From Octopus bimaculoides (taxonomy: Eukaryota), in the NCBI RefSeq assembly GCF_001194135.2, contig NC_068991.1:76248057-76312056 (forward strand): 64,000 nucleotides of DNA, written 5' to 3'. Positions within the stretch are counted from its first letter, which is position 1. Every line of letters starts with the position of its first letter. The notes under the pieces were generated by a model. The model saw only the letters and a program-made list of their open reading frames with translations. It ran no database searches and was not told the DNA's origin. The translations under genes were made by a program, and so were the position numbers. Shown piece by piece: positions 38,135 to 51,368 of the stretch.

Positions 38135-38590
38135 CATTATAGGATATGCCAATCCACAGAGACAGGCATCTTAAAGAATATGAGGCGAATATAATTGCTA
38201 AAGACGATCAGGGAATGAACCTGTTTCTTCATCGAAATATTGATCCCAAAAGATAATAATAAATATCCCAGAAGATAATGCTTTTCTAAAAGATGCGGCG
38301 GAATTATCTAAATATAAATATCTGGAAATAGAGATAACAGAATGTGGGGATTGATAATAGAAATAATCCCTACAATAATAGATGACATGAATGATTAATA
38401 CGTATCTAAAACAGCACTGTTAGGCACTATCCACATATTACGTTTACACTTTCAGTTCAGTAGAAATTGCAATAGCAAAGGCGAAGGAATACTATAAAAC
38501 ATAGAAGAAAACAAACAAGGCTCACACAGCTGTTTTTGGTTGTGAAGAGAAACTGCAATATCAATAAAACCGCAAGATTAGATAATAATG
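38135..38590 (+). mobile_element. R4/Dong LINE 3' end (endonuclease and UTR)
   Basis: *DMPIHRDR...NIIAKD...DNAFLKD..ELSKYKYLEIEIT...LLGTIHILR; ends in gataataat. Confidence 0.8.
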
Positions 38591-38836
38591 TTTGTATATG
38601 CCTCAAGAGACACGCAATACCAAAGTTCTAAAGATATAAACGAATAAATTTCTTTTGTGATTGGGATAAAGAAATATGCATGTGTGTGTGCGTGCGTGGG
38701 TGTGTGCATGTGTTTCTGTGTGTGGGTGTATACTTAGTTACATATGTGCCGACATACATGAAATCATATAAATATGCAATTATACATATGTAATGGAAGT
38801 ACAAAATAGAAAATAAAAAATACCCAAGGGGACGTA

Positions 38837-38938
38837 ACATACAAACACATACGACATACAAACACATACGACATACACACACATACGACATACACACACA
38901 TACGACATACATACACATACGACATACACACATATACG
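38837..38938. repeat. 17-bp minisatellite x6
   Basis: Unit acatacamacacatacg with single-base variants. Confidence 0.92.
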
Positions 38939-39345
38939 ACTTCTTACACTCATATAAATTATGAATAAGTGTCTGTGTGTGTGCCTGAGTAAGCATATTG
39001 ATTCAATTGCGTTGGTAGAAACAGAAATAGCCATTGCCGAATAGATTAAATCACCTATTCGATAATTGTTGGGTAATACTGACATTTTTACGATTCCTGT
39101 TTCATAATGGCTACTTTTGTTTTCACCAATGGAGCTGAAGTACTAAACTTCCACTCAGGAACACGCGTGCAAACACACACGTAAGCACGCACACGTATAT
39201 CCATCTGCATAGGAGATGTAAAAGTTTAATAAATATGTATTCTACAAAAATGTGATCCTGTAATATTAAATTATTCTAATATAAAATTCGACACAAACCC
39301 AAGGCATACAAACACACACACGCAAAGGGGGCGCGCGTGTGTGTG

Positions 39346-39349
39346 TATG

Positions 39350-39408
<59 letters not shown>

Positions 39409-39429
39409 ATATATATGTATGTATGTATG

Positions 39430-39463
<34 letters not shown>

Positions 39464-39473
39464 TGTATGTATG

Positions 39474-39507
<34 letters not shown>

Positions 39508-39536
39508 TGTATGTATGTATGTATGTATATATGTAT
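39346..39536. repeat. (ATGT)n microsatellite
   Basis: Directly visible. Confidence 0.95.
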
Positions 39537-40469
39537 GCATGCCTGTATGTATACGTGCAGATATCTATGTTTTGTTCTATGTGCCTTCTCGTGTATATAC
39601 TTAAATATCTAGACATGCTCATATATATTTAAATGATAAATTTCAGGGAAGTTTTACAGATATTTACCGCTTGAATCTGAAATCTAATTAGCTTTCTCCT
39701 TTTTTTGGTTTAACAGAAGCCTAATTTCTCAAGGTTGGTATTCATGTAGTCTTACATATGCTAGAGTCCCAAATAATTACAGGTATAAACCTGAGCATGT
39801 AATCTGGATTGGGTAGCTGTAGATTCCATAATAGTTCAGCGTTGTATGTATGTATGTGTGTATGTATGTATGTATGTATGTATGTGTGTATGTATGTATG
39901 TATGTATGTATGATTTCATGCAAGGTCAAGTACTGGCTCTTGTCAGATGTACTTAGCCTGCCAACAATATATCTCTGTATTTGACGTGTAATTCGATATT
40001 TCTCAAATTGGAGATCGATCGGCCTAGTTGCGAACTGTTGTCCCCCTCTGCGTGAGATGTTTCCTATTATCAGTACCAATGATTAAGGAACTAAGGATGG
40101 GATGAACTTTGAGAAGTCTCTTGGTTCTTTGTTTATTTCATTTTTCCGGGGTTTGCTTAATGCGAACTGATTCACCTTGAATTAATTCATTTTCGGTTAG
40201 GAGGAAAGGCAGTGCCTATGAACAGTTTCAGGGAATCCACGATTAGGCGGAAGAAGAAGGTATCTCAAACAAATACGACTCCGCTAAAGATACTGAAAGT
40301 TTCAGGGCTGGGGTATAATACTGGCTACGGGTTAATTCTACCATCCATATCAACCTTTCTCTGCTACTTGAAGTCGACTGCATGGACTGAGGAGGAGAAA
40401 TATACCGAAACATGCAGCTGCTTAGCCTCGTGCATAAACGCGGCTTGTATTGATAACACAATGCACATA

Positions 40470-40720
40470 ATACACGATCAATAAAGTTTATGAACTGACG
40501 TGTTATACACTTCATTTAATATCTATACACGATCAATAAAGTTTATGAACTGACGTGTTATACACTTCATTTAATATCTATACACGATCAATAAAGTTTN
40601 NNNNNNNNNAATACACGATCAATAAAGTTTATGAACTGACGTGTTATACACTTCATTTAATATCTATACACGATCAATAAAGTTTATGAACTGACGTGTT
40701 ATACACTTCATTTAATATCT
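40470..40720. repeat. 55-bp tandem repeat, about 4.4 identical copies around a 10-N gap
   Basis: Unit atacacgatcaataaagtttatgaactgacgtgttatacacttcatttaatatct starting at 40470, 40525, 40580 (partial), 40611 and 40666. Confidence 0.95.
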
Positions 40721-41012
40721 ATTCTCATAGATATTCAAATAAAGACCGCCACTACATAACTCCAGTATATAGCAACAAAAGTTGGTAACTATGCAATGTT
40801 CAATCGATTTCCTACACCAAAATATATATATATATATATGTGTGTGAGGGTGTGTGGGTGTGTGGGTGTGTATGTGTGTGTGTAGCTTGTGTATGTATAA
40901 AGGCGCGTGCGATTGTGTGTGCATATACATATATGTATATATATATGTGTATATGCATATACACACGCACACACACACACACACACATACACACACATAC
41001 ACACACGCACAT

Positions 41013-41069
<57 letters not shown>

Positions 41070-41996
41070 TGCATGCGACGTGTACGCCTTGTTGACAGGA
41101 ACCTGATATACAACAATTTACCATTTTCTCTTTTGCGATAAAATTTGATTACAATTGCTTCAAGCTGATAATTTATATTTCCAAACTGTTAAGAGTACAG
41201 AGATTTTCTGAATTATATATAAAAATCTGAATTTAATAATTCCCGTCTTATCTGTCAAAAATCATTTAAAATAATAAACCAAAATAAATATAGTATTGTC
41301 CCAAATGCATATGCATCATATATTATCTATATCGTCTTACGAACTACGTAAATATTATCGAATTTGATGTGTACGCTCATGAAGTTCGGTGAGGATATAT
41401 ATATATATATATGCCCTTTTTGCAAATATATGAGTGTTATCTACAAAATGGTAAGTGTGTTATGTGTAGAAATAATCGCAAAACGTGTTCCATTTGCATA
41501 TTAGGATACTTTCGATGGCATAATCATTGTTTTCTTTTCTAATCTATAATGTATTCTTACTTATTTCTGGCTTGAAGCATAAAGTTAAAGTGATTATTAA
41601 TAATTAAATTGACAAAAACACCTCAACATACTTGCTACATTGAATCGATTTAGAATTATATACAAGTCTTCTTGGGTAGAGTACACATGACATCACGAAT
41701 AAATATTTTTCTAAAACTTCCATTAATGCCTTGAAGCAAGAGCAACATATTTTGAATAAATTTAAAATAAAACAATACTTTTACGTCGTCACCAGTTTAC
41801 CAAAAACAAAGAATTCAGCGATTATTATAATGAGAGAATTTCCGAAGTAGCTTCTTGGTGAAAATTATTTGAAAAAACAAGGAACCAAACCTTTGTTTAT
41901 ATTATTGTCCACATCCCATTACATTTAAGAAAATAGTCCGTATCGTTTGTGACTTATACGATGGATATGAATTTCAAAAACTGACAGTAGAATTCT

Positions 41997-42208
41997 TTTC
42001 TACTCTAGGCACAAGGCCCGAATTTTTTGGATAGGGAGCCAGTTGATTAGATCAACCTCAGGACGCAAATGGTACTAAATTTATCAACTTCGAAAGGATG
42101 AAAGGTTAAGTCGACCTCGGCGGAATTTGAACTCAGAACGTAAAGGCAGACGAAATACCACTAAGCATTTCGCCCGGCATGCCAACATTTCTGCCGGCTC
42201 GTCGCCTT
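41997..42208 (-). mobile_element. SINE family B, full length, tail type 2
   Basis: Head aaggcgacgagccggcagaaatgttggcatgccgggcgaaatgcttagtgg; B box; core; tail gggccttgtgcctagagta. Confidence 0.93.
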
Positions 42209-42289
42209 AAAATGGCAGTAGAATTATTTGTGCGAAACTTAATCGCTCGTCTAATGTAGAACTAACTGTGCTACGAGCGTGGGTCTGCA

Positions 42290-42395
42290 CCCATTGTTTC
42301 TCAAGATGGGGGTAAACGCCTTACCGTTGAGGCACGGCAAGACTCTGTTGGGTTGTGGGCTACTTCAGAATAGGGCATAAGTAAGTAACAAGTAA
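42290..42395 (+). mobile_element. Possible LINE 3' end with (TAAG)n tail
   Basis: GC-richer segment ending gggcataagtaagtaacaagtaa. Confidence 0.3.
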
Positions 42396-43236
42396 ATAAA
42401 CTTGCAATAAGTTTTAATTAAACTTCTTTAGAATATACCTATATTGAGCTGTATCCTTTCTTCCTTCATAGTGAAACACAAAAATGGCGGGGCGTTAAAT
42501 TAAATTGGCGCATGAGACAAAAACGAATTTGAGATGCGCTGGCCTACGTAGTTCATTGACCAGTTGCCACATCAGAATAAAACTCCTTCTTATGAAGTGT
42601 GATTAACCACTTAATGATGGTTAATCAAAATCCTTAACTTAATCATGGAATAAATTTTCTCAGTTTATAAAAGTAATTCTAAGCATTCCGGTTCTAAGGT
42701 GTAGTTCACAGTTTCGCACTTGGGTAGCCGAAATTCTGGATCGTCGTACAGCTTGTAAAGGAGAGGTCATGAGCGACGTGGCAATTCTAATAATTCCGGA
42801 AAAGAATTCATGCAAGGTTCTGCTCAGACATACTTAACCTGTTGGAAGAAGATGAGATGAAATTTGACATAGATTTAACTGTTATATTTAGCAAGTTAAG
42901 TGACTGCGTATACGTTGGTTTTGAGTTTTCCTCTTCCAATGTCACCACAAACACAATCTACAGTCAAACAGAAACAGGCTAGAAAGTTAAGGTACTAAAA
43001 ACGTCTCATAATTCCTTTATCATATGCAGTTTAATACTTCATATCAATATATTCTTAATCTAAATAGTTATAGCATATATAGAGCGAAAGGTCTAGGGTT
43101 GTACCGAAATCATTTAATCTACAACTAACATGATGTAAATTTACCTGATCTGGGTTGAGCTAAATCTCTATAAAACAACGACAACTATATGAGTGCTAGT
43201 AAAAAAGATAAAGGAACAAAATCGATCACTCAGTAC

Positions 43237-43485
43237 AGTCTAGTGAGAAAGACAAAGGGACAACATGAAAAACCCCTAATAAAGTCTAGTGACTAAGACG
43301 AACGGACAACAGCAACATCAGAACTGGATTTGGCGAGGTAGAAAAAGGGAAGACATCGTGGAAATGGCAACTGTGACTAGAGATAAAGATTAAGGGACAA
43401 CCTCAACAAAATTGTAGTGTTTAGAAAGAAAGACGAAAGAACAACAACATCGGCAATGTAGTAGTGTCTAGAGAGAAAGGGTAAC
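43237..43485. repeat. Decayed minisatellite, about 45-bp period, about 6 copies
   Basis: Recurring gtctag(t/a)ga...aagac...ggacaac at 43237, 43282, 43374, 43418 and 43465. Confidence 0.65.
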
Positions 43486-45963
43486 TGGAAAAGTGAGTTG
43501 AAACTTAATAGCTGAGTCTTTTATATTATTGCAGTTTTTATAATACAAATGTTTGAAAAGCCACCAGAATCATTCGATAAAGTGTTTCAAAACGCAATAA
43601 AGAAATATAAATTACCGTGTGGTATACATTTGGAAAAACGGTACAAACAAATGATTTGGAGAAAGTCATTATGGAGCCATCACCAATTAGTTTCTCATAT
43701 ACATGTTGACTTGCAATATCGCAGCACGATATATCAAGCCATTATATTAGTAAATGTCTGTAAAGCGGAACTCATTCCAAATTTTATTTTCGTATTTCTT
43801 TTTTCTTTTTTAGTGGGTATCGTTTATATGTTAGAAATGATTTAACCCCCCCCCCCCACGAAAAAAAAAAACGTTCCTAGATTACAGAAAGAAAAATTAT
43901 CACTACTGCAGAATAACGTGAGGTGCTAACATTTTTCTGTTTTGGAGGAAAGAGTTTACAGATCTGGCTTTTACATTCTCCCAGAGATCGATCTGATCAA
44001 TGTGGTTAACGTTCCACTTGAGAAGTTAAATAATAGGTTATAGCAATATGTCAAAGAATAAACCACACGAGGATTTTATTCTTTAAATCTTTTAAGGCTT
44101 GTAGTCACTGAATTGTGACAATACTGCAGCAAACCACCATATATATTTTATGTAATTATATGTGAATATCTAAATATGTCTGTGCATATGCAAATATATA
44201 TATGAGTGAGTATGGTTCTATTCTGGTCCATGAATGCATTTGTACATAGGTGCATTTGTGTGTTTGTTGGTACGAATATATATATATATATATATATACA
44301 TATATTAGTGCGTGCGTAAATGTATACGTCGGTGAGTGAGTGTATACTCGCACAAACACAGTCATATACACGAAAATATGAATATACCATGTGTATGTGT
44401 GTGTCTTACTTGTACATTCGTACACACTGACACACAGAGATGGGCTTGTGCATTCGTGTGTGTGTATGCATGTGTTTGTCAGAACATTGTGAGTTATAAT
44501 AGACATAAGCTATTTGAACATAATTTTCTTTTCTATTACACAGTTTGTGTACATCTGAAAACCATTTAACCTTTTCTAATGAGATAATTATTTTTAAATA
44601 TGCTGATTACTCTCTTCAACCAATCAAACTTTCAGGAATTTCTGATGATATTAATTTGTTTTCCTACAACTTCTGCACACACTATGACTAACCTCACTTG
44701 TCTATTGTGCCTTATCTCTCAATTGCTTCCCCTGTCTTCTCTTCTGAGTTGCATCCTCTTCTTTGAGCATCTCTACTACATAAAATTCGACTCAATTGAA
44801 GTAACTATATCTTTAAAACATGTGATGTTCACCTTATAAGAATTTAGAAACTTCGAAAGAACTGAAGGAAAATATTTTAAAGTTGAAACTTGAAGTAGAT
44901 AAAAACTATAGATAATAGCAGGTGGAATATTGGGTTTAAAATATCTGGATAAAACAAGTTGAAGTTTGAACGTGTTCTGCGAACGTGAGAAACGTACGGA
45001 CCATTGTACCACAGCAACACTTAGCATGTTCTCTGTCCATTTTAGCTGCTTTGTTCCTTCCAGCAAGAATTGTAAGATGAGTTTAATGGGAAAAGTTAGA
45101 AAATTTGAGGGAAGTGAAGTGAATTATTTTCTTACGGTAAATATATAAACAATAGACTAAAGAAAAAAAATTGCTATAAAAGAACTTAAATGAAAGAAAA
45201 GAAATTCGAAGGCTGCCCATTCTACAGCTAGGGAGTTTTAACATAATATCGTACGCCTTTTTATATATAGCTTTATCTACTTCGAATCGCAACACAAAAG
45301 ATGTAATTCCTGATATGATTAATTGAGTGAGAGATCTTTCATGACAATAGATTAATCAACAATATTGAATGAATGAATGAGTGAACAATCCCTTCAACCA
45401 TTGAAATGAAGTTGAAGAATCCGATTACTAAATAGGTATAAGTTAAATGCTAATGGTTGTCAAGAAAGTAACAGACGATATCTCAGTTCAATCAAGACAA
45501 GATGAAAACTGGGATTTTTATTCTAATTGATCAGAACAGAAAAATGAACGCAGGTGTTTATTTTCGTTTTCTGAGTTCATCATTAGAAGGATATTTCTAC
45601 ATCTGATCTCACAGCTACTCAATTATAAAATTCCTTGTTTTGTTTGTATTTACTAGAATTGGTAGAAGACTTCTTATGAAATAAATAAACAATCTCAAGT
45701 ATTAATACATTTGACACAAGATTTATTTCTGATTTTTTTTACGCTATTGTTTATATTGTTATTCTTATTAAATTTATAATTCTTCTTGTTATCCTTCGCC
45801 TCATTGTGTAGTCTATTTGTAAATGTTAGCATTGTTATTTGTTTACTTCTTCCAATTAATTAGCAACGTAGTGCACCTGCCAATTAATTAACCTCTCAAA
45901 ACAGCATGCATCGGAGGTGGTTTTTCCTAATTTAAAGAATACTATTGTCATATACAATTATAT

Positions 45964-45974
45964 TTATTATTATT

Positions 45975-46010
<36 letters not shown>

Positions 46011-46054
46011 TTCGTCGTCGTCGTCGTCGTCATCATCATCATCATCATCATTAT
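45964..46054. repeat. (ATT)/(ATC)/(GTC) compound microsatellite
   Basis: Directly visible. Confidence 0.95.
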
Positions 46055-46064
46055 TACGTACTCA

Positions 46065-46250
46065 TTAAAGGTAGATCAGAATCAGAATCTCCAGATCATC
46101 GGACGAAATACTTTCGTATCTTCGTTCCGACTATTCAGGTTTTGAGTTCAAATTCCGCCAAAGTCAACTTTTTCCTCATCCTCCGGGGTCGATAAAATGA
46201 ATTATCAGTCAAGTAATACACACAGGGATGTCAATTTGCCCCCCTACCTC
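46065..46250 (+). mobile_element. SINE family B, degenerate
   Basis: gagttcaaattccgccaaagtcaactttttcctcatcctccggggtcgataaaatg. Confidence 0.8.
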
Positions 46251-46284
46251 TCAAACTGCTGCCTTTCTGCCTACATCTTAAGTT

Positions 46285-46680
46285 ATTGTTGTTGTTGCTG
46301 CTGTTGTTGTTCAACATTCGGTAGTTTCAGTCAAATTTCTACTGCATCACCTGCTGCAACTCCGTGTTGCTGGAGTGGGTGCAGCATTGTGTATTCTGTT
46401 TTTGTTGTTAGGAGTTCTCAAACTCTTCTCCGGTATTTTATTGCATCAGTTTCATTTTTTTACAGAGTCTAGTGCAGTTTTTTTGCTGTATTGGTGTTTG
46501 TATTGTGTGTTGTGTGTGTAATGCGTTGGGTATGCGGTCTACTGGTGGTAGATTATTTCATTGGATATTTGCTATATGGAGTGTGTATTGTGTTTGTGGA
46601 TTGTTTTGTTTGGGTTGTAGTTTTGAATTGATAGTCTCTTACGCAGGATGTTGGCTATCGCGCATTTACTAAGATTGTAG
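46285..46680 (-). mobile_element. Possible R4/Dong-type 3' end with long UTR and (CAA/CAG)n tail
   Basis: Minus-strand ANILRKRLSIQ resembles the AHILRKTLSIQ C-terminus. Confidence 0.4.
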
Positions 46681-47240
46681 AATTGGCAGAATCGCTAAAG
46701 CATCCGACAAAATCCATTTCAGTTCTTTGTGTGTAAGTCGAAGTTTTGCGAAGAAGAGATTTACTTTTCATCTTTCTGAGATCGATAAGCTACAGTACTC
46801 AGTCATATAACCGGTTAACCCATTTTTTCCAAACGTCTGCCCCTTTGTCTGTTATACAGCCATATTCATTTATTATCTTACAGTACAACTGAAATTTTTA
46901 CACATTTATTTACTAGACTTTTTACATGTACACTAACGCATCAAACCTTATTGTAAATGACTGTTCCCGTTAATATTATTGGTTTTCAGATTTTATGAAA
47001 TAGCTTCTGTTTGTTATTGTAAATTGATCATATGTCAAAAGGACAACTTAAGCACTCGTAAAATACACAAATACTCATAAAAAAATAGCTAGACAATACA
47101 TACTGAGGTAGCACTATTTGATAGAAACATTGAATGTCGTAACTAGCATGGCCAATGTCGAAATGCTAAGACCAATGAATATATTCGTTTATGAACATAT
47201 TTTATATATACATACATGTATACGTATATGCATGAATAAA

Positions 47241-47276
<36 letters not shown>

Positions 47277-48374
47277 CATATATATGTATGTATGCATGCG
47301 TGCTTATATGTACGCGTGTATATATGTATGCATGCATATATATATATATATATATGTGTGGTTGGGGGGGGGTGTAAGCATATTTGAATCCATAAACGTA
47401 CAAACATATGTCACAGTTTTTTATTTTATTTCTTTGTATACTTGCCAGAAGGAAGAAGCTGCTTTATGTCAAACAACCAAATGTTCCATCACCACAATTT
47501 GGATAACAACTGCATGTTGAACTTTAGGAAATTTTTGTATTTTTATAATGTTACGATTACACATTTGTAACCTGTAAAGTCTATGACTGTTTTTCTCTTT
47601 GCTTGAACATATCTTACTTTTACCAGATTGTCGCTTCGACACTTAACATAAATTATTATACGAATGATTAATGGTATAAATGTCAATCCACCATCAGGAG
47701 CTGCAGGCTTCGAAGCATTTGTTCTACAATATGATTTTGGAAGAGACGTTCACATCTGGACGCAGCTAGTCTATTTATGCATGCGTTTATGAATTGGTGT
47801 GTGTTGTTCAATATTCTGTCAGTCCTTGTATAAAGTCATTTACTATTTGTACAGCCATGAAGTAGATCAAAAGATGTCCTTCTATAATACCAGCTGGTAC
47901 ATTTGCATATTTGATAAGTACTTCTCGTTTAACATGGTGTTTGCTTTACAGGTAATACAATGTACATTGTGCAGCACAACAAAAGCCGAGCTAATAAGTT
48001 TTGCTGAGACAGTTCTTGATGTTTAAGCAATATTTTCTTTTGTTAATGTCTTCGAACGTTATAGTTACTAAATAGTGTCACAAGAATGAACGTCTAAGCG
48101 ATGTTTGAACTGGAAATCTCACTTAACAACAGATTATTGTACACCATTATTGCTTGCATGTGTTGGGATATACAAAAGTTACAATTTTCCTACGATTACT
48201 ATGACTTCAATTGGATGAATAATATATTGCTCTTTGGTTTTAATAATAGTAAATCTGGGGAAGAGGTTAATGCTCTTAAGAATGTCTGTTAGCGTGTTTC
48301 TAAATGCTAAATGAATTTAAATATGCAAATGTATTATTCACATTCATTTTGCGAATCACCTGATGTGGGTAACA

Positions 48375-48535
48375 CTATGTGGTTGCTTGGCCTACTAGAT
48401 ATAGCAGCTAAATTTCTTCCAAATCATGTAAATTTGTCCTTGATAAAAGAGGATGCATTTATTGGATATTGTAATCTAAGATGAACTTTGAGAAAGAGAG
48501 GATGTTCATGACTGGACCGTCGTAGCGATCAAAAC
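48375..48535 (+). mobile_element. Putative third SINE family (C), longest copy
   Basis: gtggttgcttggcctactagatatagcagctaaatttcttccaaatca...ttggatattgtaatctaagat. Confidence 0.6.
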
Positions 48536-48627
48536 TTACATGAGGCTAAATTGTAGCGGCTTCAAATATTAAAATTTGGTAATTCCATTGACAATATATT
48601 TAGCCATTTTAATATCCGTAAATGTCT

Positions 48628-48775
48628 TAAGGTGGTGAGCTGGTTGAATCGTTAACAAGCCGGGCAAAATGTTTAGCGGCTTTTCATCCGTCTTTAAGTC
48701 CGGAATTCAAATTCTGTTTAGTTCATTAACCATTTCGGAGTCGATAAAATAAGTACTAAATGAGTACCCCTTACC
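48628..48775 (+). mobile_element. SINE family B, internally deleted
   Basis: aaggtggtgagctggttgaatcgttaacaagccgggcaaaatgtttagcgg...ggagtcgataaaataagtac. Confidence 0.85.
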
Positions 48776-49999
48776 CCTCTCATGCTAAAATTTGAAATCA
48801 ATATCCATAAATGATCTTAATAAATCATTCAGTGACCCCCGAATACGACATTTTTGTATACTTTTAAACGGCTAACATCCTTCATGTTACAGCCTAAATC
48901 ATTTTAAGAAAAGAAGTTTTTATCAAGATGGTAAATAATAAAAGAGCACATGCGGGAATTGAAGCTGTGTTCAATAATTGGTGAATGATTGCGACTAATC
49001 TTAAATGTTTAGATTTTCATATAACAAATATAGTGAAAGCTTAATTTTTACTTCTCCAAAATAGTACCCACATGTTGTTTAATATCGACCAGAGACTAAC
49101 CACAAGCTGTAACTATTTAGATTTACGATCTTTAGCGATTTTCCACTAATTGAATTATGCCCGCTTTTGAATTCGAAAATATAAAAGCGGACATCTAAAA
49201 ATATTGGATTTCTAGATATTACAGGATCGAAGATACGACAAAACACGTATCTACAAAGAATATGAACGTAAATTAACGTATATTCAATTGTGACTTTGAT
49301 TCGTTGGCCGTTTTTTAATCGACATGTGTCAGAGAGAGATAAATGTCCTGTGAAGTAATATGTTACTTCAATCTAATTCCAGGTTTCACTGATCAAAACT
49401 CTACAAAAAAAAAGTTCAGTATTTCATCTTATCTTTGGAATTAGCACACACCCACATACACAAATACACACACACACAGACACACACACACAACGACTCA
49501 CAAACGACAGCCAAACACACACATGCACACATACACTCGCACACACGCATATAAGTAAATGTATAGGTAAATGTCAGTGTATGTCGACATGTCTGAATGC
49601 ATATATCGTTTATATGTGTGTGTGCGCTTACGTGTGTGTGTGTGTGCGCGCGTGTGCGTATTCGTACGAACATGTGTGTGTGTGTGTGTAAAGAGGCACA
49701 TAGGTGGATGAGTGCATTCGTTTATTATCAGATTCCATTGAATACGATTCCGATATCTTCATGGGAATATATTCATAATTATTCGATCGCAGTTTCAGTA
49801 AAGGTAGCAATTCACCCATCTTATTGTGTCTACATATATACATTTATTCATACACACAAACCTGTTCACTGACAAAATTCCGTGCTGCAGTATATGTGTG
49901 TACGTAAATGTGTGTACACGCGCGGTTTTCTGTATATGTATGTGTGCGCGCGCGCGGTTTGTATTGATTTCAAATTTTAGCACAATTCCATCACATTTG

Positions 50000-50157
50000 A
50001 AGGAGGGAGTAAGTCTATTACTTCTACCCCAGTGCTTAAATCGTACGAATTTCATTCCCGAAGGGGAGGAAAGATAAAGTTGACCTCTACAGAATTTGAA
50101 CTCAAAGCATAGCGACGGACTAATGTCGCTAACAATTCTGTGCTCTCACCGCCTTTC
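50000..50157 (-). mobile_element. SINE family B, degenerate
   Basis: accccagtgc...aaagttgacctctacagaatttgaactc...ctcaccgcctt. Confidence 0.75.
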
Positions 50158-50200
50158 ATACAGTTGTGGCCAAATGTTTGGAACATTTTTTAAAAATTGA

Positions 50201-50434
50201 TATTTATTCTTTTATTGCCAGCAGGTGGGGGGGGGGGCTAACATAGAGGGGATAAAGAAAGGGATTAAGTCGATTACATCGTTCCCCAGTGCGTAACTGA
50301 TACTTATTTAATCGACCCCGAAAGGATAAAAGGCAAAGTCGACCACGGCGGAATTTGAACTCAGAACGTAACGGCTGACAAAATACCGCTAAGCATTTCG
50401 CCCGGCGTGCTAACGTTTCTGCCAGCTCGCCTTC
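50201..50434 (-). mobile_element. SINE family B, full length, tail type 1 (best-preserved copy)
   Basis: A box about 50412-50424; B box gagttcaaattc 50351-50362; core gtcgactttgccttttatcctttcggggtcgattaaataagtatcag; tail cccctctatgttagcccc...caataaaagaataaa. Confidence 0.95.
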
Positions 50435-50495
50435 TTTTAAAGAATTAATATTGTTATGCCCACGTCCAATTCCATTCGAACATAATATATAACAG

Positions 50496-50534
50496 TTCAA
50501 TCAGAAGATATTGATTCATTTGAACAGTTATTAG
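50496..50534 (+). CDS. Candidate 39-nt symmetric phase-1 exon xQSEDIDSFEQLLx
   Basis: aacag| ... tag|gtaagt; frame-preserving length. Confidence 0.3.
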   Translation, partial: FNQKILIHLNSY

Positions 50535-50675
50535 GTAAGTGCATCTCTACGTTCTATATATTCGAATCGTATTGTACTTAGGCATAAAAATTTCAATTTA
50601 AAAAAAATGTTCCAAGCTTTTTTGCCACGACGTATATTAAAAGACAAAAATTTCAATATATATGAGAGAGAGATA

Positions 50676-50713
50676 ACTGACATACGTCATCAATACTGAC
50701 CTACGTCATCAAT
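50676..50713. repeat. 19-bp tandem duplication containing TACGTCA
   Basis: actgacatacgtcatcaat / actgacctacgtcatcaat. Confidence 0.9.
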
Positions 50714-51325
50714 CAATAAGACTGCAAGAAAGTCCTTAGCTACAAATTTAAAGACACAGTTATAGCATTATTTAACAGACGGGGCGGGGGGGGGGACCAC
50801 CTCTTGCGATAATAAAGGCGCCATTGCGTTCCTTAATCATAATTCGTATCTGTAAATCATAAATTCTTAAAGTAAGACTTAGAGATAACTGTTTTCTGTC
50901 TCACTTTTAAAAATAATCTGGCACGCAGAAAAATTAATTGAAACATTCAACTGATGGCTTAAGAGACATTGTAACTGTACAATGTAGAATATAGAAACTT
51001 TAACACCTTCATGCTCGTGCTAGAAGTCATCTTAGAAAAGAACGACATAAATTCTTTGTCTCACTCTGTAAAATGGCTCAGTCTGAAAGATGCAGATATT
51101 CCCCACCTCCTATCACAAATATACAGGAGTCAGCATTAATCCAAATATTTATACCTGCAACACGAACGCATGAAGGATTTTTATCATCAAACTCGGTTAA
51201 GTGGAACATGGGACTGTACATTCTTATCGAGTAGTTGTGCTGCAAATACTACCAAACGTATTTTAAAATGGCCAAATAATGCTATATATCTATTTCTATA
51301 GTTAATATACTTATATTACAAAGGA

Positions 51326-51368
<43 letters not shown>

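Noticed and set aside
40470-40720. CRISPR-like array
   Set aside because: The repeats are contiguous with no unique spacers, there are no cas genes, and the context is eukaryotic.
43549-43845. 98-aa ORF MFEKPPESFDK...
   Set aside because: No recognisable homology, weak donors, and a low-complexity AT-rich C-terminus.
50340-50434. tRNA genes at SINE heads
   Set aside because: A and B boxes are present, but there is no complete cloverleaf and each continues into a SINE body.
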